Shown here: one piece after another, positions 28,900-38,814 of the stretch
Position numbering within the stretch: the first letter of the stretch is position 1
Layout: every line of letters starts with the position of its first letter
Assembly (NCBI GenBank): GCA_964035545.1
Contig: OZ037773.1
Coordinates: 3,005,751-3,069,750 of the forward strand
Length of the DNA stretch: 64,000 nt
Direction of reading: 5' to 3'
Origin: Bugula neritina
Lineage: Eukaryota > Animalia > Bryozoa
Position numbers and translations under genes: made by a program
Notes under the pieces: model-generated
What the model was told of the DNA's origin: nothing
What the model saw: the letters and a program-made list of their open reading frames with translations, nothing else
Database searches by the model: none

Positions 28900-31440
28900 T
28901 TATCCTGCGTCACTATCCGTATCTGGGTCTTCTCCTGAATTGTTCTCACCAGCTGAACTTTCATCATCGTCTTTATCCCAATCTTTCATAGACTGAGCTC
29001 CCATTGCAAAATCATCTCTAAGGGCACTCCATGTTGGCTCCTCCTACAGAAAAGCTCGTTACTTACAGAAATTATAACAAACTAGTTTTGTCCTTATTTT
29101 CAACTACAACTGAAACAGAAGTATTTATTTATTTCAAGTTCAAAATACAGTATAAAAATGTTTAAGTGCAAATCAAAAAGTAAGTCAGAAGCAAATCTCA
29201 GTATTTAGTTCAACATATGCCTATGTAATCACTAAATGAAATCTGAATGTATCAAATATCATTATGTATAGACAGCAATAAAATTTTTCTTTCTGCATAT
29301 GGTGTAAGCTCTAAAAAATCTGAACCAGAATTAACTATTATCCATATAAACCACCGCTACTGTTCAAAACTATAGCAATTTGCACAACTTAGCCCTGATG
29401 GAGGGAACATTTGCAATGGAACTGGAAACTAACCTTAATTTCTGATTTGATAGAATCTTCAGCTGACGTCACTGATTTAACTTTCTGTGACTTCAGACGA
29501 TCGAGAAAATCTCCAGAGGTGAATTCCGATATTACCTAACAGTGAATAAACAAAGTGATGATGAAACACAAAACCTTTAGCTAGCTTAATTGCTGTCAAT
29601 GTGCCAAGATAAATTTTTAATAGACCAAGTAGCAATGCAGATGGCGAATAAGAAACTCTTACTTTATCTGTTTTGGCTATAGATTTCTTCACCTCACCAA
29701 CTTTCTCCTTTATTTTTCCTTGTTGTTGTTTAACTGCGTTGAACAGTTGCACTACGCCCCTGCAACACACCAGAGCATGCAGTAAAGCTTTAATTACAGC
29801 AACAATTACAATATTAACCAATAATATTCACTTGACACTAGATATGTGCCATGGCAAGGAATCAATATACTTTCACTTGATATCTAAATGTGTGTTTTTA
29901 ACCTACAAGCTGACTAAATTAAAACTGAATAGGGGACTTTACTAGTAGAAGTATAGTGTCATACCTCGTTGCTATTTTGATGAGGTTATGTTCTTTATTT
30001 CTATCTAGAACATCTGGAGTAACATGGCAAAGCTCTTCTTTTTCTCTTTTCTAGGAAAAGTGCAATATCTAGAGTGAAGGCAGCAATAACAACAATGATG
30101 ACTTCCAAAATCAATTCTATGTTTTGGATAATAATCAACACCAAGATGATAATATCAATATACTGTCAAGTATTAACACAGTAACAGTATTTAACCTACG
30201 AATGCATCCTTAAGGATGGATTTGTGGTTGCAGTTTGGATTAACTTATGATTTTGGCTTCATTCATAGCAACTGTTCCCCCTAACATCAAACGAAAAATC
30301 CACTCGCATGATGTGAAGCAATGGAAACGCAGTGACTATACATACCAGTTTTAGGGAAGTGGATGATTGGGTAAGTTTACGCTGTTTTAGTGACCTCTGC
30401 TTTCCAGTCACAGGGTCAATAGGCTCAGTTTTAATATCTCCAGCTTCTATCTTTACCACCTCCACATTGTCATTCTGATTAGAAATCATATATCAACACA
30501 AATTATTGACAGAGTTTAATGAGAGCAAGAATTTCAATCAATTAGTTCAAATAATATTTGTAAAAAATTCAGAAACTCCACACTTTCAGATGATCAATGT
30601 TGTAGGAATTATTGTTTTACATTGAAAAATTGGTGTCCATACTTCCGGTTTCCAACTCATTTCAGGAGAATATTATAAAATTTGTAAAAATAAAAACACA
30701 CCACCAGAAATAAAGTTCGAAAGACATTAAATTTCCAAAATCTTCAAGAGAATTAATTTACCACTGCAAAGCATTATATAATGAAAACCAACTCACTGGG
30801 TCAGCGTTCTCAAGATGCTTTCTTTTTCTGGCAGCAAGCTGTTTCTCAGAGACCGCTTTACTCATAATAGTTGTTGTGTTGGCAGGTACAGCTTTCCCTA
30901 AAATCTTCGCCATTACAGAGGCCATGCCTTTATTGCCATTTTCTGGATTGTTGATTTCCTGAACACAATATCACAGTGGATCAGCAACGAACAATCCCCA
31001 AACTAGAATATACTCGAGTGAATCATATTTCAATTTCAATTCATAGTAAAAAACTTTAGCAGTTGAGAAATGACTTGGGTTTTTTACTGTAACTATCTCT
31101 AGTTCGTTTTAAAACCAACTAAAACTGCCAACGATGAACAGAACTCATAAAAGACAGACTGATATTTACACAAAATGAAGTGAAAATCAACTCACACCAG
31201 CTTCATCACTGTCACCCTCCTCACTACCTGTTGGCTCTGTTTTAATCTCAGCGTCTAGAAAAAAATTGTGCACACATGTGATACAAGGAGTACTCACTCA
31301 ACAAGCATTACCAAGGATACAAAAGATAAATGCAGAAGCATACACTATATACTATGAGGTGATGGGAACCCACCGATTTCTGTTAATTCTTCATCGCTAG
31401 ACATACACTGTACGGTGGCAACAGCAGACAATCGAGTCAT
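28900..31440 (-). CDS. RRP15: RRP15-like ribosomal RNA processing protein
   Basis: Exons about 31440-31374, 31254-31196, 30958-30797, one near 30350-30480, 30050-29965, 29759-29663, 29535-29434, 29043-28900. Motifs GMASVMAKILGK, LIKIATRGVVQLFNAVKQQQ and WSALRDDFAMGAQSMKDWD. Confidence 0.9.
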
Positions 31441-31889
31441 TTTAGCGCAGGGGAGAACTGGAACTGGGCACAGTGCTGAAAATATGTTTACAGAAAAATC
31501 AAACTATCTACATAACAGGTTACAAGGCTTTTAAATTTATTCAATGTATAACTCTGAATACGGATACAGCGGTGTTTGAAATATTAGCCTTCTTTAATAA
31601 CACAGAAAGTAATAAACAAATAAAATGTGTCTTATTTACTTATTTTTAATAAAATTCCTAGCTCGTAAAAATAGATTTAAATTGAATAAAAAATATACAA
31701 AAAATAACAGTTAATAAAAATACTTATAATAAAGTTTTAATTATTAGCTATATTTCAATAGTCAAACTCATACTTATAAACTACAAACAAAGAGTTATCG
31801 TTGGGCATAATCCTTATGACTTTTTGTGATATGAAGTTAATACTTATTGTTGGTGAGGCTGAAAAAACTGTCGCAAATTATAATTATCA

Positions 31890-32760
31890 CTGACACCCAT
31901 AGTTATAGTGACGGTTAATTGTAATGCCAATTATTAGCCACCGCAATCATCTTGCTATAACTATGACTATAACATTTATAATAATGATGGCTGTTGACAC
32001 TCAAATGTAAAACTACCAGTCGCAGTAAGTGTAACAATAAGACTAACTCTAGTAGTTGTATTGATTGAATAGTATTACCATAAAGTTAAGCCTACAACAG
32101 TAAGTCTTAGTCTTGTACTGCTGACGTTGGTGTTACAACTAATATTAGGCCTACTATTAGTATTACTATTACAAAAGCAATATGTTACCTGTTCACACAT
32201 ATTGATACTGATAGTGATACTGATAGTGCTACCCATAGCCATAGTGATAGTCTTACCCATTACACAGTGATACTACAGTATAACTAATCAGTAGTGTAAC
32301 TAACAGTAACACTAACAGAGTAACACGGTCACGGTGTTACTGTTACATTTACTGATTTAGTGTTTACTGCTAGACTTAGTGTAAGACTAAGTGTCTGTGT
32401 CAGTGTTAGACTTACACTTACTCTTACGTCTTAGTCTTACAGTAACAGTCACTGTTAGAGTTACTCTAACTCTTGCTCTTAGATCTTAGTCATAGACTAG
32501 AGTTAGTCACTTAAACTTAAAGTTAGACTTACTCTTAGACAGAGTTCCGGTTCGTGTTAGTAACAGACTAACAGAGTAACAGAGTAACACTAAGACAGGT
32601 AAAAGTAACAGTAACTCTAAGTCTTAGTCTAAGAATAAGTGAATAACACTAACAGTATGAGTAACACTAACAGTAACACTCAAACAGTAACACTAAGTCT
32701 AACAGTAACACTAACACTAACAGTAACTGTAAGTGGTAACAGTAACTGTAAAGTGTAAGG
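31890..32760. repeat. 6-bp periodic NWN-A[C/G]T tract upstream of RRP15
   Basis: gatact gatagt gatact gatagt; aacagt aacact aacact aacagt; cttagt cttact tagact. Confidence 0.85.
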
Positions 32761-32929
32761 GCAACACCAACTGGATTCCAAGTATAAGAGTAAAAAAGTT
32801 ACTTAGAAATAACTAGATTAATCTTAGTAATACAAATGGTCATATCAATAAATGAATAATCTAAACTAAAGAAAAAATGAGATGTGAAAAAAACAGGTAA
32901 GTGAGTTAGGAAAAAGTACAGTGAAAGCA

Positions 32930-33130
32930 ACTGTCATGCTGGTTTTAGCCGGAAACTGAGCAAGCTTTTTTGTGTTTCGAGGTTAAGAAAATCGGCTTCT
33001 TTACTGCACTATCACAGTAATAGACTAATAGCGCGTTTAACCCCGCCCACTTTTAATCGGCACGTGGAAAACGATAGCATAGGCATAGGCAACAAACTTC
33101 AATGTTTTATTTTGTTTGTATTTTCGCAAG
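32930..33130. promoter_or_regulatory. Probable RRP15 promoter region
   Basis: CpG-containing patch with GC-box CCCCGCCC at 33041-33048 and E-box CACGTG at 33061-33066. Confidence 0.45.
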
Positions 33131-33439
33131 TAGTTTACAAAAATTACATTTGAAGACACCAGTGTATTCAGAAAACTGATTCAATTTAACATTTTTATTA
33201 TGACCCTTCTACGTCTAAAGTCTAGACCCTGCTGTCGTAGTGGCAAGTTGAACTTGATACAAACTCAAAGTTTGACTGCACTACTATTAGTATTACTATT
33301 AGTATTACTATTACCAGTAAATGTAATACTATTAGTATTACTATTACTATTAGTATTACTATTACTATTAGTATTAGTATTAGTTATATTAACAGTAATA
33401 GTAATACTAATATTATTAGTCATACATTTACTGTAATAT

Positions 33440-33782
33440 TGTAATGGGATTACGTAGCATAATAATGCATTTGTCTCCTCCTGTTTGGGAATACTTATAA
33501 CCATGTTCTACTATCCAATCAGAAGGACCGGAAGGCAAGGTTCCGGTCAAGTGACTGTTTGCGGGTTAGCTAGCAGAAACCATGTTGTTGAGAGCAGGGG
33601 CTCGTAGTAGCTAGACGTGTTTATAATTGATTGATGTATTGTGGTTTTGACATACTGTTATAATTATGTTTATCGAATTAAATAAAGGTTATCGTACGCA
33701 AGCTCTGTTAGTAGTTGCTAGTTAAATTGAAACTAAATACGCAGGCAATCCACGCTTGATAATTGTGCTAAAACTCACAACA
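33440..33782 (+). repeat. 5' LTR (343 bp)
   Basis: Starts TGTAATGGG, ends CACAACA, contains AATAAA. One visible difference from the 3' LTR (GACTGTTTGCGG vs GACTGTTCGCGG). Confidence 0.97.
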
Positions 33783-33783
33783 G

Positions 33784-33802
33784 TGGTGGCAGCGGTGGGA
33801 TT
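33784..33802 (+). promoter_or_regulatory. Primer-binding site complementary to the tRNA-Leu 3' end
   Basis: TGGTGGCAGCGGTGGGATT is the reverse complement of ...AATCCCACCGCTGCCA-CCA, the eukaryotic tRNA-Leu(AAG/TAG)-type 3' end; it lies 1 nt after the LTR. Confidence 0.9.
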
Positions 33803-33816
33803 TCGCGTATTTCAAG

Positions 33817-34746
33817 ATGACAGAAAGAGGCACAGAGCTACCCCTTCGGAGAAATGAAGGTGAGGAAGATAACATTGCTATACCTATAGAACCAGAAGTG
33901 CGAGTACATAGGGAATGTTACGAAGAGAAGTACCGGCTGAGGGTACCCACCTTCTCAGGTGAAGAGCCGGTGGAGCAATTTGTTCAGGAATTCCAAGATG
34001 TGATGGAGGTTGCACAATGGCCACCTAGAATAGCATTGCTCAAGCTCAGGACGGCGCTGTCAGACAAAGCCAAGCCGTACGGAGTGGGACCAGACATTGA
34101 CGGCATCTTTGCTTCTCTGCGGGCCCGTTTTGGTATCTCCGCTGTAGATGCGCGGGCCCGTCTGCAAAGACTACGGCGTGATCCTCACACGCCGCTACAA
34201 GAGCACGCTACCACGGTTATGAGACTGGCGCAGATTGCATTCCGCGATCTGCCGCCAGTAAACCGTGAGAGGTATACCTATGATGCCTTCGTGCAGTCCA
34301 TCAACGACTTGGGACTCCATCACCAACTCTTGGCGAGGGGAGTCACCACGGTCGAAGGTGCGCTGGCAGAAGGGGAGGTTTACCTTCTGGCCAGCCAGCT
34401 GCACCGGAGCCGTGTGACTTCTCGTCAGGTGGACATGGAGCCCTCCGCTGCTCCTACCGCTTCTCACGCGGAAACTCCAGCGGTGGGCAAGGTGACGCAG
34501 ATGACGGTGGCATCACAGGTCGCACAAATGACCGACATGCTAGCCGAACTGGTCTCCGCCTTGGAAAGCCAGCTAGGCGTAGCCAGTGAGCCTAACGGGC
34601 CACCGGTGCAGTCGCCTAGTAGAGGACACCCCTCCTGCTGGGGGTGCGGAAGACCAGGACACTTCCAGAAGCATTGTCCCCGACTTCAACCAGGGTTAAA
34701 CTACGACGGCCCGCGGATGCTCCCACATCCGGCGGGCCGCCGTTAA
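33817..34746 (+). CDS. gag: Gag (capsid-like region plus CCHC zinc knuckle)
   Basis: 309-aa intact ORF right after the PBS; PTFSGEEPVEQF capsid-like start; CWGCGRPGHFQKHC knuckle. Confidence 0.9.
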   Translation: MTERGTELPLRRNEGEEDNIAIPIEPEVRVHRECYEEKYRLRVPTFSGEEPVEQFVQEFQDVMEVAQWPPRIALLKLRTALSDKAKPYGVGPDIDGIFASLRARFGISAVDARARLQRLRRDPHTPLQEHATTVMRLAQIAFRDLPPVNRERYTYDAFVQSINDLGLHHQLLARGVTTVEGALAEGEVYLLASQLHRSRVTSRQVDMEPSAAPTASHAETPAVGKVTQMTVASQVAQMTDMLAELVSALESQLGVASEPNGPPVQSPSRGHPSCWGCGRPGHFQKHCPRLQPGLNYDGPRMLPHPAGRR

Positions 34747-36103
34747 AACCCCAAGGGAGGACACAGTGGCGTCCGCCACGCCGAACACCCGTCCGGGACC
34801 TCGCGGAACGGCCACCAGGACGGCAAGCAGGCTGTACAAGCCGCTCGCCGCCGGTGTTCTCAATGCCAGGTATCTGCTGGACACGGGCTGCACCACCAAC
34901 CTCCTGGGTCGTCGATTCTTCGACACACTCAGCGCTCAGATCAGAAGCAGGTTGGAACCGTATGAAGGCGATCATGGCACCCTGGCAGATGGGTCGTGCA
35001 TCCCCTTCTACGGTATCATTGAACTCCCTGGGAGCGTCTGTAACCAGACCATCCAGGAAAGGTTCATTGTAGGACAACTCCAGGAGGACGCCATCCTTGG
35101 GATGCCATTCTTACAACGACACGGATGTCGCATTGATTTTGGTAAATCTGCGATGATTATGGGCGGCAGGGAGCTCGCCTGTGTCGATAAGTTTGGCCAT
35201 CCCCTAACGGGAGAAGAGCCGGTAGTACGTACTTGTACTATGCCTGGCCACTCCCGGGGCACCGTCCACCGCAAGGTAGACGGTGGCCGTACCTCCAGGC
35301 CGGGAGCTGTAGAGAGCGCGCACCCGAAAGTCCCACCTGTCCGCAGCTCTAACCAGCTGACACGGAAAGGAAGGACCTCGGTGCCATGCCTCCACTCCCC
35401 CTCTGAACCAGTGAGCCTACCACCCACCTCTCCACCAAGCTGTACTCCTTCTGTTCAAGAAGATAACAGCAGGCCATCACGGGAAACCGCGATGAAAAGT
35501 CCTCTAGAGAAGCCGCCCTACGGGCGAAGGACTGCCTCACCCCACAGCCAGGAGACCCGTGGGAGAACATCAGACGGTTGCGTGGATGACGAACAGCGCC
35601 CAGAGACGGCCACGTCACTACACAAAACCGAGGCTACACCTCACCTTAAGAACCTTGACATGCCCCCAGAAGTGGCACAGGACCCCCACGCCGAACCTGT
35701 CTCAACCGATGGCGTCAAGGAGCTAGGACACCTCCAGGAAATTATTCCGGGGGTGGTAGCCGACGTCTATCGAATGAAACGGGAAGGGCGACGACCCAGT
35801 GACAGACAACGGAAGCAGGGCTGCCCTGAGTGGCAGCTGTACTGCCGACGTTGGAACGCACTGCGGATCGGGCCGGATGGTCTACTGACCATATCTTTGG
35901 CCGATAACCACCACCAGCCAGACCAGGAGAGGACCCTCTGTCCTGCCGCCATCCGCCAAGAGTTGATAGAAGAGGTACACCAACAGGCTCACGGGGAAGC
36001 CCAACAGGTGTTCACCGAACTACAACTCTGGTGGTATTGGCCTCACATGGAGCGTGATGTACGACACAGCGTTGGGCAGTGCGGAGTCTGCCTGGGTCAG
36101 TAA
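34700..36103 (+). CDS. Truncated Pol: aspartic protease fused in frame to the integrase HHCC zinc-binding domain, with no RT or RNase H
   Basis: The frame opens after TAA at 34697-34699. Retropepsin motifs LLDTGCTTNLL and DAILGMPFL; H-x4-H...YWPHM...C-x2-C integrase Zn motif. No YxDD or RNase H motif lies between them. Confidence 0.85.
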   Translation, partial: TTTARGCSHIRRAAVKTPREDTVASATPNTRPGPRGTATRTASRLYKPLAAGVLNARYLLDTGCTTNLLGRRFFDTLSAQIRSRLEPYEGDHGTLADGSCIPFYGIIELPGSVCNQTIQERFIVGQLQEDAILGMPFLQRHGCRIDFGKSAMIMGGRELACVDKFGHPLTGEEPVVRTCTMPGHSRGTVHRKVDGGRTSRPGAVESAHPKVPPVRSSNQLTRKGRTSVPCLHSPSEPVSLPPTSPPSCTPSVQEDNSRPSRETAMKSPLEKPPYGRRTASPHSQETRGRTSDGCVDDEQRPETATSLHKTEATPHLKNLDMPPEVAQDPHAEPVSTDGVKELGHLQEIIPGVVADVYRMKREGRRPSDRQRKQGCPEWQLYCRRWNALRIGPDGLLTISLADNHHQPDQERTLCPAAIRQELIEEVHQQAHGEAQQVFTELQLWWYWPHMERDVRHSVGQCGVCLGQ

Positions 36104-36839
36104 GCACGGCCCCCCTACTGAGGAAGTAGGGCGACGAAGGCAAAGTGCAGAAAGACCCGGGCAGACGGAGACTGCTAACCTGGTCGACAAACCGCCTAGG
36201 ATGCAACCCAAAGCAGTGGCGAGGCAGGAAAAGCCACCCCCGTTCAGGGAAGTGCGCTCACCGCCGTTAGCGTGCAAGCCGCCACCGCCACTTCCTAGGT
36301 CAGGAACCGACCTGGAAGTGCAAAAACCCCCCAAGGGAGGGGCTCCGTGCGGAGGTACTGGGAAAGCTCCATTTGTTACAAATTGGCTGGAAGCACCACC
36401 CAAGAGACGTGACCGTCCACGGGTGCGTAAACCACCATGGCTGGAGATAACACTTCCCCAGGCTCCGAACGGAGATGCTAGGAAAGCTCCATTTGTCACA
36501 AACTGGCTGGAAGCACCACCCAAGAGACTTGACCGTCCACGGGTGCGTAAACCGCCTTGGTTAGTGACGACACCTTGGAAACGGTGTCCTAAGCCAGGCC
36601 CCGCGTATCGCAAGGACTTACCACGTTCCGTTCAGGGCGCGGTCAAACGTCCTACGAGACGCCGTGAGGGGAAGAGAGCAAAGCGTGGGAGTTGTGAGCA
36701 CCACGAAAATATCAACTTTTGTCTCGGCGGAAATTCAAACGAGATTCATACGCCGGAGGTAATAAGTCATAGTCACGTTTCACAACCACGCTGCTCGCTC
36801 TTTCATCACATTAATACAGCTTTGAGTAGACGTACGTAG
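36095..36839 (+). pseudogene. Frameshifted integrase remnant and Pol C-terminal tail with an internal duplication
   Basis: SKHGPPT...GRRR...ERPGQTETANLV resembles the linker into the DDE core (DLV changed to NLV), and the core is absent. About 80-bp direct repeats at 36361-36440 and 36481-36560 encode KAPFVTNWLEAPPKRxDRPRVRKPPWL. Confidence 0.6.
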
Positions 36840-37223
36840 AATTCATAAACATACCACTCTCATTCACAATGGCTTGCCAAGAATCGAGGGGTGAGTTAGT
36901 TATGTTTTTGGTACGAGGGCTAAACTGTATTAATCAGCTTAACTACAATAGAGTAAGCTGGAGACTCGGTAATGATTTTTAGTGGTGAGAATTCACATTG
37001 ACGCTAAGACTTAACAGTCTGTTACAGCAGTGTGTGTTTTTGATCAACTATTCATTAGCTGAGTCTCACGAGTGTCTAATTGAGTTAAGTACCCACCAGG
37101 CTGTATACGCCGGTTGTACTCGGTGTATCCTCTTACACTGTTATACTCTTGCAGATCACACTCGATCGACCAACTCTGGGTCACAGGATCTACACTCTCT
37201 CCTCCTTGGATAACGGACTGGAA

Positions 37224-37895
37224 ATGGACAACGGACTGCCCGCGGTGCTGCGTCGAAGACACAGATGGGTGTCGCGACGAACGGAGCGGCAGATTGAAGA
37301 AGCCTGGGGACCGAGTAGGTCTCAACACACCTGCCACGTGTGTTACGAAGAGCTTCCCTCACACCAAGGACTACGGCTGCATGTGAATGCACACTTCCTG
37401 CTACGGTTCTGTCCGTGTGGATTTCACGACGTGTACCCATACCCCGTCGTGGCTCATATGATGGACTGTTTCGCGGGCGAGGGCTATGTAGTAGACGCGG
37501 ACAACTACGATAAATACCTAGAAGCGGTCAAACCAATGGTTAAGAAGGCTTTAACCTGGGCCGCATTATCCTCCGGATTTTATACATCGCTAACAGCCGC
37601 CCGTCAGAAGTCCCCTATGGTGAAAACGGTCGCCGCAATCATACCGTGGCTAGACAATACCCCTATGGAAGCATCAGACTCCCCAGAAGAGGCGACGCCA
37701 ACTCCACCCAGACCTACCCGACTAGCAACCGTCGAAGAAAGACTCCTACGGCTGCAGGATGAATTCACCCAGTTGGCTCCCGACTTACTCAGCACTTCGG
37801 TGAGCCTTAATGAACTAAAGGGCTCAGTGGGACGCCTTAAGCGTAGACTACGTGCACGGCAAGCACGACACCGGATCCAGTCCCTACAAAAATAG
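37224..37895 (+). CDS. Accessory ORF3 of the LTR element: C2H2 and C2HC zinc fingers, coiled coil, basic tail
   Basis: Stop-free frame from 37149, first ATG at 37224, in-frame acceptor CTCTTGCAG| at 37154. CHVCYEELPSHQGLRLHVNAH; CPCGFHDVYPYPVVAHMMDC; heptad leucines LATVEERLLRLQDEF...LNELKGSVGRLKRRLRAR. Confidence 0.75.
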   Translation: MDNGLPAVLRRRHRWVSRRTERQIEEAWGPSRSQHTCHVCYEELPSHQGLRLHVNAHFLLRFCPCGFHDVYPYPVVAHMMDCFAGEGYVVDADNYDKYLEAVKPMVKKALTWAALSSGFYTSLTAARQKSPMVKTVAAIIPWLDNTPMEASDSPEEATPTPPRPTRLATVEERLLRLQDEFTQLAPDLLSTSVSLNELKGSVGRLKRRLRARQARHRIQSLQK

Positions 37896-38161
37896 GAGCT
37901 GACAGTTGACAATTCCACCCCGCATGTTCCCGGGGTACTACATTGTGATCATGCAAATGCTTGACTGCTAAAGACCTACGATCCAGGACTCTCTCTCTAT
38001 AGCTGGCCAGTTGTACGCTGGCCCTTCATTATCTTACTTACATGTTTATATATGTCGTACATTTGGTATTTCTCTTCTTTCTCTTTGTGGATTTTCTTGA
38101 CTTATGTTATTTTGCATTATTATACTATTTCTGTTTTTATCAGAAAGTATGGCTTTCTGCT

Positions 38162-38172
38162 GGTGGGGGCGG
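38162..38172 (+). promoter_or_regulatory. Polypurine tract
   Basis: GGTGGGGGCGG immediately before the 3' LTR. Confidence 0.75.
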
Positions 38173-38515
38173 TGTAATGGGATTACGTAGCATAATAATG
38201 CATTTGTCTCCTCCTGTTTGGGAATACTTATAACCATGTTCTACTATCCAATCAGAAGGACCGGAAGGCAAGGTTCCGGTCAAGTGACTGTTCGCGGGTT
38301 AGCTAGCAGAAACCATGTTGTTGAGAGCAGGGGCTCGTAGTAGCTAGACGTGTTTATAATTGATTGATGTATTGTGGTTTTGACATACTGTTATAATTAT
38401 GTTTATCGAATTAAATAAAGGTTATCGTACGCAAGCTCTGTTAGTAGTTGCTAGTTAAATTGAAACTAAATACGCAGGCAATCCACGCTTGATAATTGTG
38501 CTAAAACTCACAACA
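38173..38515 (+). repeat. 3' LTR (343 bp)
   Basis: Direct repeat of 33440-33782. Confidence 0.97.
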
Positions 38516-38814
38516 ATATTAATATTAATACAGTAATAAATATAAATTTATAATAATACTGATAGTCTAATAGTAATAGTAATACTAATGTTATTGTAAT
38601 CATTGAGTGATTATGCCAAATTAAAGTAGTATCACTATCAGTATTACTATTAGTATGGCTATCAGTATGAGTATCAGTATGAGTATAACTGTTTTAAAGT
38701 CATAGTACTAAGTCTAATGGTAATACAAGCTCACCACTATTCATAGTGTCGGCTCGCCTGCCATGATTGGTTATTCACTTGCTTTTGCGCACCAATTAAA
38801 TATGGTTATGATAT

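Larger units (their letters stand above)
33440..38515 (+). mobile_element. Young non-autonomous Ty3/Gypsy-type LTR retrotransposon (5,076 bp)
   Basis: TG...CA LTRs at 33440-33782 and 38173-38515; ATAT TSD at 33436-33439 and 38516-38519; PBS, PPT, gag, protease and partial integrase; GC- and CpG-rich relative to the host. Confidence 0.96.

Noticed and set aside
33784-33802. tRNA-like sequence
   Set aside because: Only 19 nt complementary to a tRNA 3' end; it is the retroelement PBS, not a tRNA gene.
34195-37918. Numerous antisense and alternate-frame ORFs inside the LTR element
   Set aside because: Expected by chance in GC-rich sequence overlapping real ORFs; no recognisable motifs.
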